A stretch of DNA of 64,000 bases from Ramazzottius varieornatus. Lineage: Eukaryota > Animalia > Tardigrada. Under the pieces are notes generated by a model. The model saw only the letters and a program-made list of their open reading frames with translations. It was not told where the DNA came from and ran no database searches. The translations under genes and the position numbers were made by a program. The stretch is from the NCBI GenBank assembly GCA_001949185.1, contig BDGG01000002.1, forward strand, positions 1,085,481-1,149,480, written 5' to 3'. This document shows positions 11,127 through 24,455 of this stretch, one piece after another (within the stretch, counting starts at the first letter, position 1; every line of letters begins with the position of its first letter).

Positions 11127-14100
11127 ATGATCGGGGCATGGGCTATGCTATACGGCTTATTCGCTGTTGACTGGGTGCATGGAATAACTGTATTGGAACC
11201 GTCAAAAAATGAGTCTCGTACAGAAGTGCTCATTTTGATTTATGGTATGCATTATTCAACTTTTCAACTGCAAGCGCTGTCGTTTACTGCACCGGGTTTC
11301 GAGGCTGGTGTCCGGCTCGTCAATCGTCAGTATGACAGTAGTTTGTCGTTCCGTACAGTCTATGTGGAAAACTCGTCCGTTTTGCGTTGTGAGGATACCG
11401 GCGCATACTTCGACAACGTTTCTGAATTTTATTACCGCCATCGCACCCCGAGCCAGATAATAGTACTCTTTTACTGTGGTAAGTTTTGCGCATAGCCATG
11501 CTTCGGCATGAATGAGATTCTTCGAACGCTCGCCCAGCGCTCTGCTTCGACTGGAAGCCGGAGACTGTAATAACTGTTTCTTCCGACATGCTGAAGCAGT
11601 TTGGTTCTGCAGGATGTGACGCCAACCCCATATTTGGTCAGCTCGGTCGAGGTAACTTATCATCAGCAACTTTCCATACACAGCTGCTACAGGTTTATTT
11701 TTGTGGTCGTTTCAGAGTGGGACATGCTGGTAGTAAACACGTAAGACAATCTAGGCTGGCTTGGGTTCTGTGTTGGTGGATATGTTATACTCGATACTTG
11801 AATATCTCGGTAAGACGAATAAGCAAGTACGGTAGACCCTGAACTCTACGTATCTTACAGGGGCTCGGTGCACTCTAGTTTGCGCGATCGCACCAGCTCT
11901 CCATCCACAATTGCTTTGGGACCGCTGCAGTTCGAGATATACGGGTCGACAACTCGATTGATTCTAGAGAAGTTTGGTTGGACGTCTATTGCCTATGTTT
12001 ATGACACATCGGGCAGACTTCCCTTTCACTCTCTTGTCTTCCAACGAATTCGCCTTCATTTAAAGGAAACCGTGCCCCACATTCAGCTCGTTCCTTTCCG
12101 AGCGAACGCGTCGGAAATCCGTCAAGCTCCATATTCGTCGATTCTAAGACAGATTACCAAGTTCACGCGAAGTAATCCAATTGTCCGCTACGTACAAGCT
12201 CTCCTTGTAGCAAGCTCATAATGTTACCATATCCGGGAGTACGAGGAGCTGATCCTAACTTTGTCCAGGGTAAAACTTTGTACGCATACGTCACGAGCTA
12301 TTAATACTTGTAGGCTCTTTAGGCTTGTGATGTATCCGTGACATATGTGCACAAAGTTTTAGCCTGGACAAAGTCACGACCAGCTCCTCGGAGTGTAATA
12401 CTTGACGGATCTCGCGCATCTACTTCCCAGCAGACGTGTACTCGTACTATATGCTTCATTCCCAAAATTTCCCCCAAAGTAATGCGTATTGCGATTCTTA
12501 ATTTTGCCCGTGGCTCATCAGGCTTCACAGAAGGTACGGCTTCTGTTTTCTCTAGTCCTAGTTAGCAATCTTGTTTTGCAGTCATTTTTGTGTCCGGTGC
12601 CCATCCATTGATACGCTCTCTGGTGGTAAGAGAGAACACCCCCAATATGTGGGACCAATTAATACCTGACGGATCTTTCAACCTTGTTTCTCTCCAACAA
12701 ACATAGGTGCAAGCTAGAAAAGATGGCTGGGCAGTTGGTGACTTAGTGTGGATTGCTTTGCAACCCGGACTAGGTTTCAAGACCAGCGCTCTCTGGGAGC
12801 AAAACGATACCGATGATATGGTTTGTTGCTCGCCACACTTTTTCCTTAGAGAAAAACACCTCGATGATTCTGGTTTCCGGTAGGTGGCCTTGCAAGGTTT
12901 TCGATCTCTACTCAAGATACAACCATGTATCCAACGTCCAAATAATTCTCAGACACTGGGCCTGCTGAACCAGTTTATAAATTATACTAAAGTGAACTAC
13001 AACGTGACATACGAAGAGGTGAGGACTTATCTTTCAACTCACCTTGCGAAATATTTCTTGCAGTGGAATCAAACGTTGCTCTTTTTCCAGCCTAACGAAT
13101 TTGTGTTTACCGGTTTTACGGCTGTGCTGTGGCTGGCCCAGGTTAGCACATACTGCTCGATACTGTGTCACGAACGGACAGTTGACACTAGAATAATCGT
13201 CATTCGAATGCTGTGCCGCATAACTTTTCCAGATTCTCCACAAAGCTGGAACAAAAGAAGCTCATTCCGGAAAACTGTTGGCCAGCCAGTTCCTGAATCG
13301 ATCGTTTTCTACCCCGAACACTGCACATTACTATGTCGACGAACAGGGAGAACGTCAGAACCGAATGTGCATCATGACCTTCAACGTCGCCTCGCGATCG
13401 TTTGAAGTACCGTAATTGCTGTTAGAATGGCTTCTGATGCAACAGGTCCAAAATTATTTTTTCTCACAGTCTGCACTGCTCTACTCTCGAGAAATCTCTA
13501 AAGACTTACTACCTGTTGACGGCACGAACATGAACTGGGCAACGTTGGATGGACTACCGCCATCGGACCACCCTGTTTGTCCCGGTGCCTCGTCCGGTAC
13601 ATCGTCCGGCTATCCGCCGTTTTGCACGAGAGATTCAGGTTGGCGCAACGTAGTCCGTGGTCTGATACCATGTATACTGTATTACCTCCAAGCTTCCGCA
13701 CAGTAGGTCATCATGCCAGTAAATTACACCCGCAGTGACATCACTGACTGTTTGATTGTCGCGCACCACTACAGTTGACTGGCAGGTAATCTTTGATTGA
13801 AGGCACATATATTTTGTATTCCCGCCAGGTAATATTTACTGGAACGTCACGTGATTGCGCACAACCTTGGAGCTAGTACAGTAGTTGTTGACTTCCTTCT
13901 ATGTAAACTGAAACAGGCGCATGGCATCTGTCCAACTTTCAGAAACCATCACTTCCATTGTCGTGCCAGCGGTAATTGCACTCGTACTGACTATCGTTAG
14001 CACTTTCTACGTACACTTCCGGTGCGTAATTCAGCCACAACTTGTAAACTCTGAAGCCGAGCTTATAGTGAATTTTTGCTCTTATTTTCAGCAAAGCTGA

Positions 14101-14161
14101 CCGTGACTGGTGGCTTATTACGCGGGATGGTACTAGTCATGATTTCGCCCTTGTACTGTAG
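11127..14161 (+). CDS. Natriuretic-peptide-receptor-like single-pass membrane protein (ANF-receptor ectodomain, TM, short tail; no kinase or cyclase domain), multi-exon
   Basis: Signal-like N-terminus; 'TAPGFEAGVRLVNRQY', 'ILEKFGWTSIAYVYD', 'ARKDGWAVGDLVWIAL' and 'NWATLDGLPPSDHPVC' fit receptor-guanylyl-cyclase ectodomains. TM 'ITSIVVPAVIALVLTIVSTFYV' at ~13945-14015; last exon 'KADRDWWLITRDGTSHDFALVL*'. Confidence 0.7.
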
Positions 14162-15003
14162 AAACAGGTGGCATAAACTAACGACTAAGATCAGCACTTT
14201 CCTTTGCGGAGTACAGCGTATCTGATAGGTTCGGGACTGGGATCATATTCTGTCCCACATCCTTCTCTCGACTAGTCTTTCTCTAAATACTCTATGAGTC
14301 TCTGATGGGTTAGCGTAGCTGCGACGTCTTGTGACTGACTTGCGCGTGGGTCGCTTCGCGCCGCACATCCCACATCAGCTGATCGTTTGCCACACTGCGC
14401 CGTAAATACTATCCATGATCCTGGGTCCTGTTGGACGAGATTTTGAAGTTCTTTTGGCTTCCTGACCACTTCACCGTACGTTTCACGGATTCTACAAGGG
14501 TCAAAGTTCTTTGATCACTTTGTGCGCCAACTTGGCCCTTCCAGAAAGTTAAGGCTAGCTCTTGATCGCCCCGCTACCGGGGAAGCTCAACTGATAGGAT
14601 CTTTGATCCTCGTTATGTTATGTATGAAAAAATCTGGCTTGGCTTGTCGGCGAAGGATGGCGTCCATATTAACGTCGGGTAGGGATTTTGACTCAAGCTT
14701 TGGTACTACCAAGAAAACATGTTAGGAACTTCACAACAGAGAAGCGATAAAACAACCAGCATGCTCTTGCTCTGAAGGCCTCTGATATTAAGAACGTTTG
14801 GATAACATCGGCTCAAGGATTTATATGGCTTGATCAGCCATCAGAGGTTTCAAGCTTTCTTACTAGTGTTAAACGGCCTAAGGCATTCAGGAATGTAGAA
14901 GCTGTTCGGTAACGGAGCAAATGTCCAGCGCGGCATAGTCTTTTCAGTAGTGGGTATCAGCTGTTCCTAAAGTGCCATTTCAAGGAGTTTTAATGTCTGG
15001 AGA

Positions 15004-15324
15004 ATGCCGGGATCAACAAGAGCGAATATGAGGGTCGAAGAAGAGTGGACAAAGGTGGAAGAACGAGGGCAGTTGTCAAAATTAACGGGAGCATTCAAGC
15101 GCAATGAAGTCTCATCGCCAAAAAATTACATTCCGAAATTTCGCCGGTGCCTCGCCAACCTAGATACCGGAGCGCAGCCTGCGCTGGGCGACGTCTGTAT
15201 AAGCGCCAGTTTATATAAGTTTGCTCTAGGCACCGACTCAAACGGAAGTACGGAATACATTTCGCTCACTACTTTTTTTCTTGGGAATAATTTCGATGAA
15301 CTGGAGCGCAGGCCGCAGAAGTAG
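15004..15324 (+). other. Possible retrotransposon gag-like fragment
   Basis: 'LSKLTGAFKRNEVSSPKNYIPKFRRCLANL...LYKFALG' loosely resembles the Ty3 gag pattern (Y..KF..L ... F..GL); no pol or LTR seen. Confidence 0.2.
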
Positions 15325-16490
15325 TCAGGTATGGCGGGTATTGCACCCGTCACGGAAATGTGGGAACGATTTTGCTGATCAGACGACAGGAAGCATGCAA
15401 CTCAGAACTGTAATTTGAAATTCGGTCATGAAAAAGAGTTAACGAGTAGTTGAAAGTCGGCGTTCACTAACCTCAGAGCCGACTGATTTCACTAGAATAT
15501 CCTTGCTGGCTAATGATAATCTATGTAGAGTGAAGAGAAAGCCTCAACTCTAAAAAGCCCTGCACAGGAGGTCTTGCTGAACCAGCTTTTTCTATCAGTG
15601 TTCACTTTGATACCCTTACCCTTTCAAACACAGCCACAGAGGGAGCCGCAGACACCGTGCCATATAATCCGAATGTAACGACGGACAAAACCGATAATGT
15701 CAAATTGCGCTCCAGCCATTCTTTCTCCTCAAGATTGTTAACACCTGCAGCACCACGTGTTTTATGTCAAAATTGAACCATGGGGTGCCAAACGATCCCA
15801 GAGTTTCTGACTGGTTTAAACACGAGCGCCACCGCCCCTTGACCAATAGCTACGTCCCCATTCTAACCAGCGCATGACACCATGTGTAGCAATCATTTAA
15901 TCTACCACTTCATCGGGGAAACACAGTATTGAAGAACGAACGACCTCCCAAAGTTTACTCATACGACGTGAAGCCATTCTTCTCACACTCAGAACAAGTT
16001 ACAGTTTCAATGAAGGAGGATCTATGTTTAGCCCAACAGCTGTACTGACTTTCAGCGCCTTGTTGATGACGGATTTCGTTGTGAGAGGAAGGTTAACGAC
16101 ATGACGTCGGCGTTCCAGATGGCTCTTCATCAGTTCTTTGCCAAGCTCTTCGAAAAATGACAGCCAAAATTCATGAAATAAATATATGAACACCAGTCGA
16201 CGAAACCTGATGGTATGTGCGTTGGTAGTCAGCTCAGTGGCAGGGGGAACGCCTTTCGGCGGCACTTCGAAATTTTCGGCCACTTTGATTTTTTCTGTTG
16301 AGTATAGAAAAAATTCCCACCGAATGTGACATTGGCATACGAGATAGGAGGTAACTCTCAACCTTTGCCTTTTTTTGAAAGTAATCCATGAAGCGACAAA
16401 AATCATATAAATTAATAAAGCCGTGGAGGCCCAATCTACCACGGCCGAAACTTCGATTTGCTGGAGTCGTTCGCTACAGCTGGGCACTGG

Positions 16491-17378
16491 CTATCCATCT
16501 TCATCTGATAGAGGAAGATTTTGCCCAGGCAAAGCAAAAAAAGGAGGCTGATCGACCGAATGCGAAGTTCGCAACAGCGCAGTGACGGTGCTTTTGGCAT
16601 CGTTTCGGTCCCATGGTGCTGTGGTGTTAACTATACCAGCCGTAAAGCCTAGAAGCGCTACGAAATCACAAGAATAGATGATAAAGAGAATCCATCGGAA
16701 AAAGTGTTCCTGTTCGTGGCAGTATTCTAGATTTCTCATATACGATGTTTGCCAGGAAGCAACTTTGTCATTGAGTCGACGCACGACTGACAAGTGATCA
16801 CTTTGGTTCTGCGTAAGTGCCACCAGATCTTCGTTCATCTGACGATCAAGGCTCTTCGCGCATGACGCCAAAATGGCTGCCGACAAGACGGCCCATGAGT
16901 ACACTTGCTGGGACATGAAAAACGGTAGACTGATGGTAAGTGTCCAGATCACTATGTACATCCTGTTCGTGATCTCGGGACAGCACAACCCAACCTCGGC
17001 TGAAAGGTTATGATTCACACCATCAAAGTACCAGTACCACGCGAATGCATCCCAGCTGAAGTGCAGGACGAGAGTAATAAAGAACAACGCAAGTGATGTC
17101 GCACTCCACTTTCTGATCGTAACCTCTGGTGACTGGTCCTTGGTGGAAAAGTTTCTGTAGAAAAAGAGCAGAATCTTGTCGCGCAGCTCTACGGCCTCTT
17201 TTCGTCGATAAACCAGTATGAGTGAAACACTAAGTGGTCGGAGTGCAAGAACCGTATACGGTAATACTTCAAATGTTCTGAGAATTAGGTTTTTCCTTGA
17301 TCCCTTCGTTGGCACGGCAGAAGCAGTTATGAGTAGTCTGACCATCAGGTAAACTCCGAATACTTGGCCCATGGGCAC
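16491..17378 (-). pseudogene. Gustatory-receptor-like (7TM chemoreceptor) intronless ORF, probably truncated
   Basis: 295-aa ORF with several hydrophobic helices and the pattern 'PFFMSQQVYSWAVLSAAIL...HFFRWILFIIYSCDFVALLGF'. An in-frame stop lies ~20 codons upstream and there is no recognisable final TM helices/TY motif; the C-terminus looks frameshifted. Confidence 0.5.
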
Positions 17379-19050
17379 AAGAAACCTCAGCGTTAAAGAT
17401 GCGCTGTCAAAAAATTTGACCAGAAACGGGTACTTTGATCAAGCAAACTCAAATTTTAAATCAACCGTTTGCGACATAAACAGCTCGTCGTGAGGAGGAC
17501 TAATACACGGCATCTCAAATTACCGGCAGCAGACCGATATACGCATCGGGAATCGCAACATTACTGTCTGCTGAGCAGGGCTGAACGTATTGTGACCGAG
17601 AACGGACAGTAGCATGTTGAAGAATGCGTCTGTCTGCTTCCCAGTTCATCATTCAGCAGGCGGTAACAAGCGAAGACTTGACATCTGCGTGTCGGAGCAT
17701 ACTGTATTTGGTCAAGCTTTGGCCGTGGCAAAGTTCGGTCAACCGCTTCGCATACTTTGCCAGTATTTTGGTTTGCACACCTTGTTATTTCGCCTATTTG
17801 CGTAGAATTTCGTAGCTCTGACGAGAATTCACAGAGCGGATAAAGAGAGCGTACATATGGATGTTTTTTTCCAACTCTCTCTCCTCTCCCCTGTGAGTCA
17901 TACGCGCACGCAGGCAAAAAAGCGACTGGTTATTTAGAGTTAAAGCTGAAGAATGCACGGGGAACTTTACTTCGTGCGGACGTCGTCTTTCCAAAACGTA
18001 TCGGTCAGTGCTACTCGAAATCTCGTCCTGAGCAAAACACTTGCTTGGCTGATCCTCGAATTTCCCATAGGGAACGAGATTTATAGATCGCATTGCCGAT
18101 ACCGGAAGCCATGACAAAATGTCCCAACCCAAGCGAGAACTTTCCCCCAAAGTAACATTCGAACCCGGTTTACGACTCGCACGTCCCCGGACCAGCCCAG
18201 TGGCCAGGTCACGTTAGATTGCCCACAATTTTGAAAATCTTTGCACCAAACGAAGACCTCTACCATACTGCTGCAATTGCTCAATGTCCGTCAGACAGTT
18301 CACAGACGAAACGTAGCAGTAGGCCACGTGACTGGGCAATGCTTTGCGTGAATCAATCGCCGCATTGTTCTAACTCGACCTTGCGTTTCCAGAACATCGA
18401 TGCATTCAAGATCATCGGCGTTTCAGCAGAGGAGACGCGAAGCGCCCGAGTGAGCCCGCAGGAGGTGCAGAGGGCATAGTATAGTCTCGTATACCCCTCG
18501 TATGCCCCTGCATAGTCTCTTATACCCCTGTAACCACTTATTCGAGATTTCCCCTTGTAAAACCCTGTGTTCGTTCATTCTAGATTGTAAGAGTTAAGGG
18601 TTGGCGTTCTGATATTATGGGATAAACGGTGGCAAACTGTCAGAGAATAAGATGAGTGATAAAGCGTTCAGCTGACGACAGTTGTCCCGACATGAGGTTC
18701 AACGAAGTTTAGAATGAAACTGGGATGGCTGCTCGGCTATCTCTAGATGAGTTCTACGACCTGGCGGGCACGTTTGCTCGATAACCATTGTGGGACTGCG
18801 CATGCTGTTGATGGTTCTTGAGCTTGACTATGGGTTTCGCCGTCGGATTGTGAACACAAGGGTGAATACGGGAGCTGTATTTCGGGGGCGGGGAGGGGAT
18901 GCCTCTTCCGGCCGCACTGCAACATCTTTTTGGGTCCGACAACTGGCATACAGGCAGCAAGTACGCGCAAGCAGCACCAGCACAACCGACCCGATGACGA
19001 AGGAAACCTTCCAAACAGCAAAGTACTCCTGAACGGTCGACGTTAGCTAG

Positions 19051-19618
19051 AGTGACAACCCTATTACCCGAAGAACAGTGGCAGCAAAGGTAGAAGTCTC
19101 TCAGCATACGGTAAGCACCATCATCCATAAAGGTCGTAGTGCGAAGGTACGGAAAAAGACAAAAGTCCATTTATACCTGACCAAAAAAGCGAAGAATTCA
19201 CTTCCATGAGCTCATCTCCGAAAACATCGAACCATCCTGACGATGAATGAAGCGATGCTTCCGCTGGACTTCAAGAACGTTGAAGACAGATTTTGTTTAC
19301 TTGTCGATAAAAATTGTTGAAGATTGGTCTGGTAGTACTCCCTGAGTAAGATCGCTCTCGTTCCCTGTCAGCGCACGTTTGCAGCTAGAATGTCGTACCG
19401 TAGACAGACTCGCCTCTGTGCTATTCCCAGGGAAGCCAAGTTTAACGCTAATCTTTTCATCTGAATGGTCCTGAAGCCAATGTTCGATTTAATGTGCCGA
19501 ATTTGTACGAAGCAGATGCGCACGAAGTCATCGTCACAGGGATAGCGTCCCTTCTCATACCGCCGAAAATACCATCGCCTGGCTCCAGAGCCAACAAATC
19601 AAGTTAATAACCAAAGCA
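19051..19618 (+). pseudogene. Degenerate Tc1/mariner (maT/DD37D-like) transposase relic
   Basis: Fragments in shifting frames: 'SDNPITRRTVAAKVEVSQHTVSTIIHK..KVRKKTKVH' (HTH), 'ILTMNEAMLPLDF' (first catalytic D replaced by N) and 'HRDSVPSHTAENTIAWLQSQQIKLITK' (second D motif); stops and frameshifts; no TIRs found. Confidence 0.7.
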
Positions 19619-22600
19619 AAATACACATAGACGACCATCGGTTTTATTTTGGCTAATGCCCACTCTTTTGGTGCAACATAGCTATTTGACTATTTTTCCC
19701 ACTTTGGTGAAAATATCAGATAGCTAGAATCTATTTCGTCCCCCTCCCCCTATCAATCGTTATTTCTCAAGATTCCAGTCTGAAGACCCGTGTTTGGAAT
19801 TTGGGGGTTGCGAAAATGTGGTTCCAAAGGCACAGTAGACGGGCTAGCGGTCGTTCCAGTAGACATACCGGTGGCGGAATCCAACGTGGTGCACACAGCG
19901 GTGGCAGAGGTAGGTAGCGCTGGTCGCGGTGGAAAAACGCAGTCTCAAGGTAGTGTACAAAGGCCCCGGTAGACGAAGAAAATCCTTGCTCTGGACAAGA
20001 TGGGTACAACGATAGCCCATGAAGATATCGATAGAACTCGTGAGTCCAGCCAAGACCATGAACCTGCTTGACGTTACCAACATACTTTCTGTAATTTGCT
20101 GTTGAGGATTCAAGGTCGCAGCGGCTGGTACGATCATCCACAGAATTGAAACCTTGGTGAAAGGGGTTGGAGCAAAACAGACACTCGCTATTTGGACCGG
20201 GTGGGGGGGGGAATAGCCACTCCGTTAATTTTTTTACGTTTCCTGCGTAGTGCTTTCTAATGTTCTGGTCTATCAGCGAATTTGACCTCACCTGGAAAAA
20301 CACGTGCCTCATGTCCAGATCGTACCTTTTCAAGTCAACATTCCGGATACGACTGGAGTTCCATTCGATACGATCATCAACCAAGTGACAGACGTTACTC
20401 GAAGTACGGTAAAAAAATTGCATGGCGCTTGAAAAACCAGCTATGCTCTTTAGAATTTAACTCCGAACATAGTCGATCTTCGTGATTACTTTCCAACATT
20501 CCCGAGAACCAAGACTGTTGGTTTACCTGAGCGTGTTCCATTCCAGTTATTTTCATATCGGCTCCGCACCCGCTGACACGCGGATTCGTAGTAAGCTTTG
20601 CACAACTTCTGGAGATATGAAGGGTATTCGTTGTCCAAGTGTTTCTGTGATATAGATACGGGCCGAACGTTAGGGTTAGGCAGTTGGACAACTGGTCCGG
20701 ATCGCTATCGATATTCGTTCGTTGAAGAATTCTTCGTTTACCGAAGAATTCTTCGACCACGCGGCGCAACGTAGTCGACCACTTTTCACAGCAGCGCCGT
20801 AAATGGACGCATTGTAACTCCCTGTCTTGTGCGGCATTGTGCCGTCACCTATGACACAACCCCGCTCTTCAGTCTACCCTCGATCGAATGACGGCCTTGA
20901 TTGGCACCAACGTCGATCGGTTGACCGAGGTTTGCATCGACTGATCGCTGCATTGTTCCTTGCAATTTTCTGCGCTGTGAGATTGATTGTGATGAGTTTT
21001 GTAACAGCGTCGGTTTTGTACCCACATCTTTGCTAATGTTAACAGAGATTACAAAGATTAAGCAACCACGGCCCGTTCGCTTTGCAACTGTTCAACTGGC
21101 TTGCTCCACCCTTTTTGTGCCGTATAACTAAATTTTGCTTTCCGGAGTAAGCTCGCCTCCGCTTGCTCTTTGAGGTCGTGGAGTTGCAAGTAGCATGGAT
21201 GCGTGCGGTGATCAAACTACGGTATCTTACCCCTATACTATTAGTATTATAACCCGAAAAAGACTGAGTACGTGAACCGTTACTGCAGAAATTTTCCAAC
21301 GAAAGTCGCGCAACCAAATGCGTAGGTCTTTCGAGTGACGCCAGCTTACAGGGTGAGTACGCCAAGTGACTACCACCTGGAACTTTGGCGCGGAACAAAA
21401 TCAGACTAACTGCTTTCCTTTCGTCCTTACACATGATCTGTGCAAGTGTTCATGCTGCTCCCGCTGAGACATAGATCATTTGCATAGATTGAGACCTAGG
21501 TTGGAAAATTTGGTTTGAATGACTTCCGGTGAAGAAGACTTTTCGGCAGGAACGAACCGGACACCTTAGAAATCCATGCGCGAGCGTCTGTCCCCAATTT
21601 AATTTTAACGAACATGAAAGTATTCAGGTTCTTGGTAGAAAATAGAAAACATCGCAAGAAAGTCAAACTAAATTGGTAAATGAATTCGTACTTAAACATT
21701 TTGCAGGGAAACCACTCCTCCAAGAAAAGTTCATTATTTATGTTCAAAACCAAGAGTTCTAACTTACGATCGCTTCTCATATGGTCCGGTCACTGGACTA
21801 ATGTTTCTAGGTGTCAGAACTGCAAGGCCTTGTCGGACAAGCAGATGAGAGCTTTTCGAAATTCTCTCAAAATCTGAGAAAGTTGCCAATCTCGCGAACC
21901 AAGTTTATGCGAAAAGTTTTTTCTCGCTCAAGCTTCCGATGTCTGTCAAAAGCGTTTCGGATTCAGAAAGATCAATCATTTGGCTTCCCGTCCAAGCTTT
22001 CAGTTGCCGAAAATAACCCCAAACTATTCCGAGAAACCGCGTTTTTAGGCACGCACCTTGTGTTTTGGCTTAGTTTCAAGACAGTAGCTGTATCAGTGTA
22101 TCAAAAAGCGGTACAGAAGAGCACTGTATTTTTCCAAAAAACCAGCTACCTACTCGCAATCAACAGATTTAGTTTAAAAAAGCAGCAGAGAGGAAAACAG
22201 TTTTTTCCGCAGGGCGAAACAGCGATAGTTAGTCTTCCGTTAACGGAAGCAGCGTGCAGAGAGACCTAAATACTGCGCACTGTTATCAGATGTCCGTAGC
22301 GCCCATCACGGAGCTGTGGTCTCGATTACTGGATTATATGCGTACACGCGAGCCATGTGGCCAACCAACACAGTTACTGTATTCTGCAGCTCAAAGGTAC
22401 GAACAAAGTTTCGCCTGTCACACCGTGGAGAATACAGTGAAACTGGCAGAAAATTCGTTGTCTCCCGCCATTTCACGGTGAATGCCATAAAGATCGGCTG
22501 ATCAAACACCGGTAATTGATGAAGTACAATTAGGGTCCAAGTGGAGGGAATTTCTGTTTACGCTCCTAGCACGCCTAGCAAGTTGTATTCTCAGTAGGCA

Positions 22601-24455
22601 CCCATAGCGAGTAATAAACCGCGTAAAAACAATTTACCACCAAGCAAAATTCGGTCAGCATCCTCCGCTCTTCTCATGGTATTGATATAATTTCTAGCAC
22701 CCAAATAGCCTGCTTGCCGCATCCATACGTGCCAAATGATTGTCATAATAATTCAATTCCTCCTGCTTGCAATCCACCCCACAATCCCCTTCACAGTGAT
22801 CTCACGTATTGACTTCTTTCCTAAATTTTATGACTAGTTTTCAGAAGTATATCATGTGTCGCAAAATTATAAAGCACCAAGTTTTTGGAAGTTTTAAATA
22901 TAATGTGGTGTCTTGTGTGTCGGAATTATTTTAAAGTGCAAACAGTCCACCGGTGCACTCCCTTCCAAATTTGTCGACGTACGGTATTATTTTATAAGTT
23001 ACAAGTATGAACGAGGTTGAATACACTTCGGAAAACGCTGCCGCAAAAAGATCATCAGGTTCTTATTCAGCAGCGGACTAAATGCGATGGGGAATATTTT
23101 TCCAACTGGTACGTAGTTGATACATCTGTCGTAGTTTATGCATGTGAAGGAAGTCTCCTTCGGAACGATGCGGAGGTTTTGATGATGTTTTATAAAATTA
23201 ACAACCGATGTGTCTTCATGCTCGCAACTCTTATGATGATTTGTATAGATGATTTCGCACAAACTTAACGATCAAAGGTTAGCACGGGAAAACCTACAGG
23301 AAACCATGACGTTAAAATGTTTCTGTTCAGTGTTCACATGCACGGCTTGCTTCTCGACTTCCTTCTGCTATGGTCAATTTTCCTCAATTAAGCACCAGTC
23401 AGAGCTGATTGCCCCGTGTGAACGCTTTTATTCTTGCTTATAAAAGAGCTCAGCTTGAGATTCCAAGAACAGGAATCCTGCTCACATACGGTCTGCTTGC
23501 CCAGTAGTCAGTTTTGCTATCAAGCCGGGAGGCTGCCTGCCAAGTGATCACCATGAACTGGATCTTTAGCGCATTGAGCTTGCAAGGAAGGCGCTGTACT
23601 GCGGGTCTCTTTTTTAGCTGGAATTTCCACATTGAACGGAAGCTTTTTTTCTTCGACGAATGAAAAGGACGCGAAACCACGTATAAAATTAAACATAATG
23701 AAGGTTTCGTGGTAATGCCTTAATACTTAAAAAGGATCGTAGAATAATTCAAGTGATATGTTAGTACTGAGAACAGAAGTTACGCGAGATGCTGCTGGGT
23801 GAGTCTGCACTATGCGGGCAAAGTAAGCAGGTAATCTAACCAAAACTCAATAATGTCAAAGTTAGCTTAATGTCAACACTGTTGCAATCATCTTGAAACA
23901 TTGGCTGTTCGCAGTGGTAATAATATCGATGGTTTCAAAGCGAGAGCGAAAGCGCGGAATATGAGACCAAAGTACAGAGTAGAAGTGACACACGTATGAC
24001 GACAGCTAGCTTCGACTGCCGGCTAAGCCGATCACTGTAATTACCGTAATGGTGAACAATGAGAACGATAATAGGAAGCTCCGACATCAAGATGGCAAAA
24101 CGGCTTTCTCGGTTTAAGTGTACATAGGTCTAGTTGCAGAGAGTTGCACATTGCAACATGTCAATTGCTGAAGTAGACTTATCGACCCAGTTTACCTGTC
24201 CGAATATGTCAGAAATAGCCCTGGAGATACGGTCACGGGATAGCCTTGGGTATGGTAGTACGCTGGACCTGTTGACCGCTGTTGATCTACGATGTATCAT
24301 TGGTGGCGAAGAACTGCAATTTGTGCGTTAAACCGAACCAAAGAGCGAAAGTTGCAGTATATGTATCGAACGGCCATAAAAAGACGTAAGGAATACTCGG
24401 TTTAATTTTTCTATTCTGGAGCTTTGTGATTTCAACGTCATGCTGTAGTCCAGCC

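Noticed and set aside
14522-14535. GTGCGCCAACTTGG (and GTGCGCCACT at ~27912) as N27 arms
   Set aside because: No partner arm at 25-27 nt; compatible with chance.
21496-21880. hAT dimerisation-domain-like fragment ('RSDRKLELLVL')
   Set aside because: Similarity too short and no other hAT motifs or TIRs.
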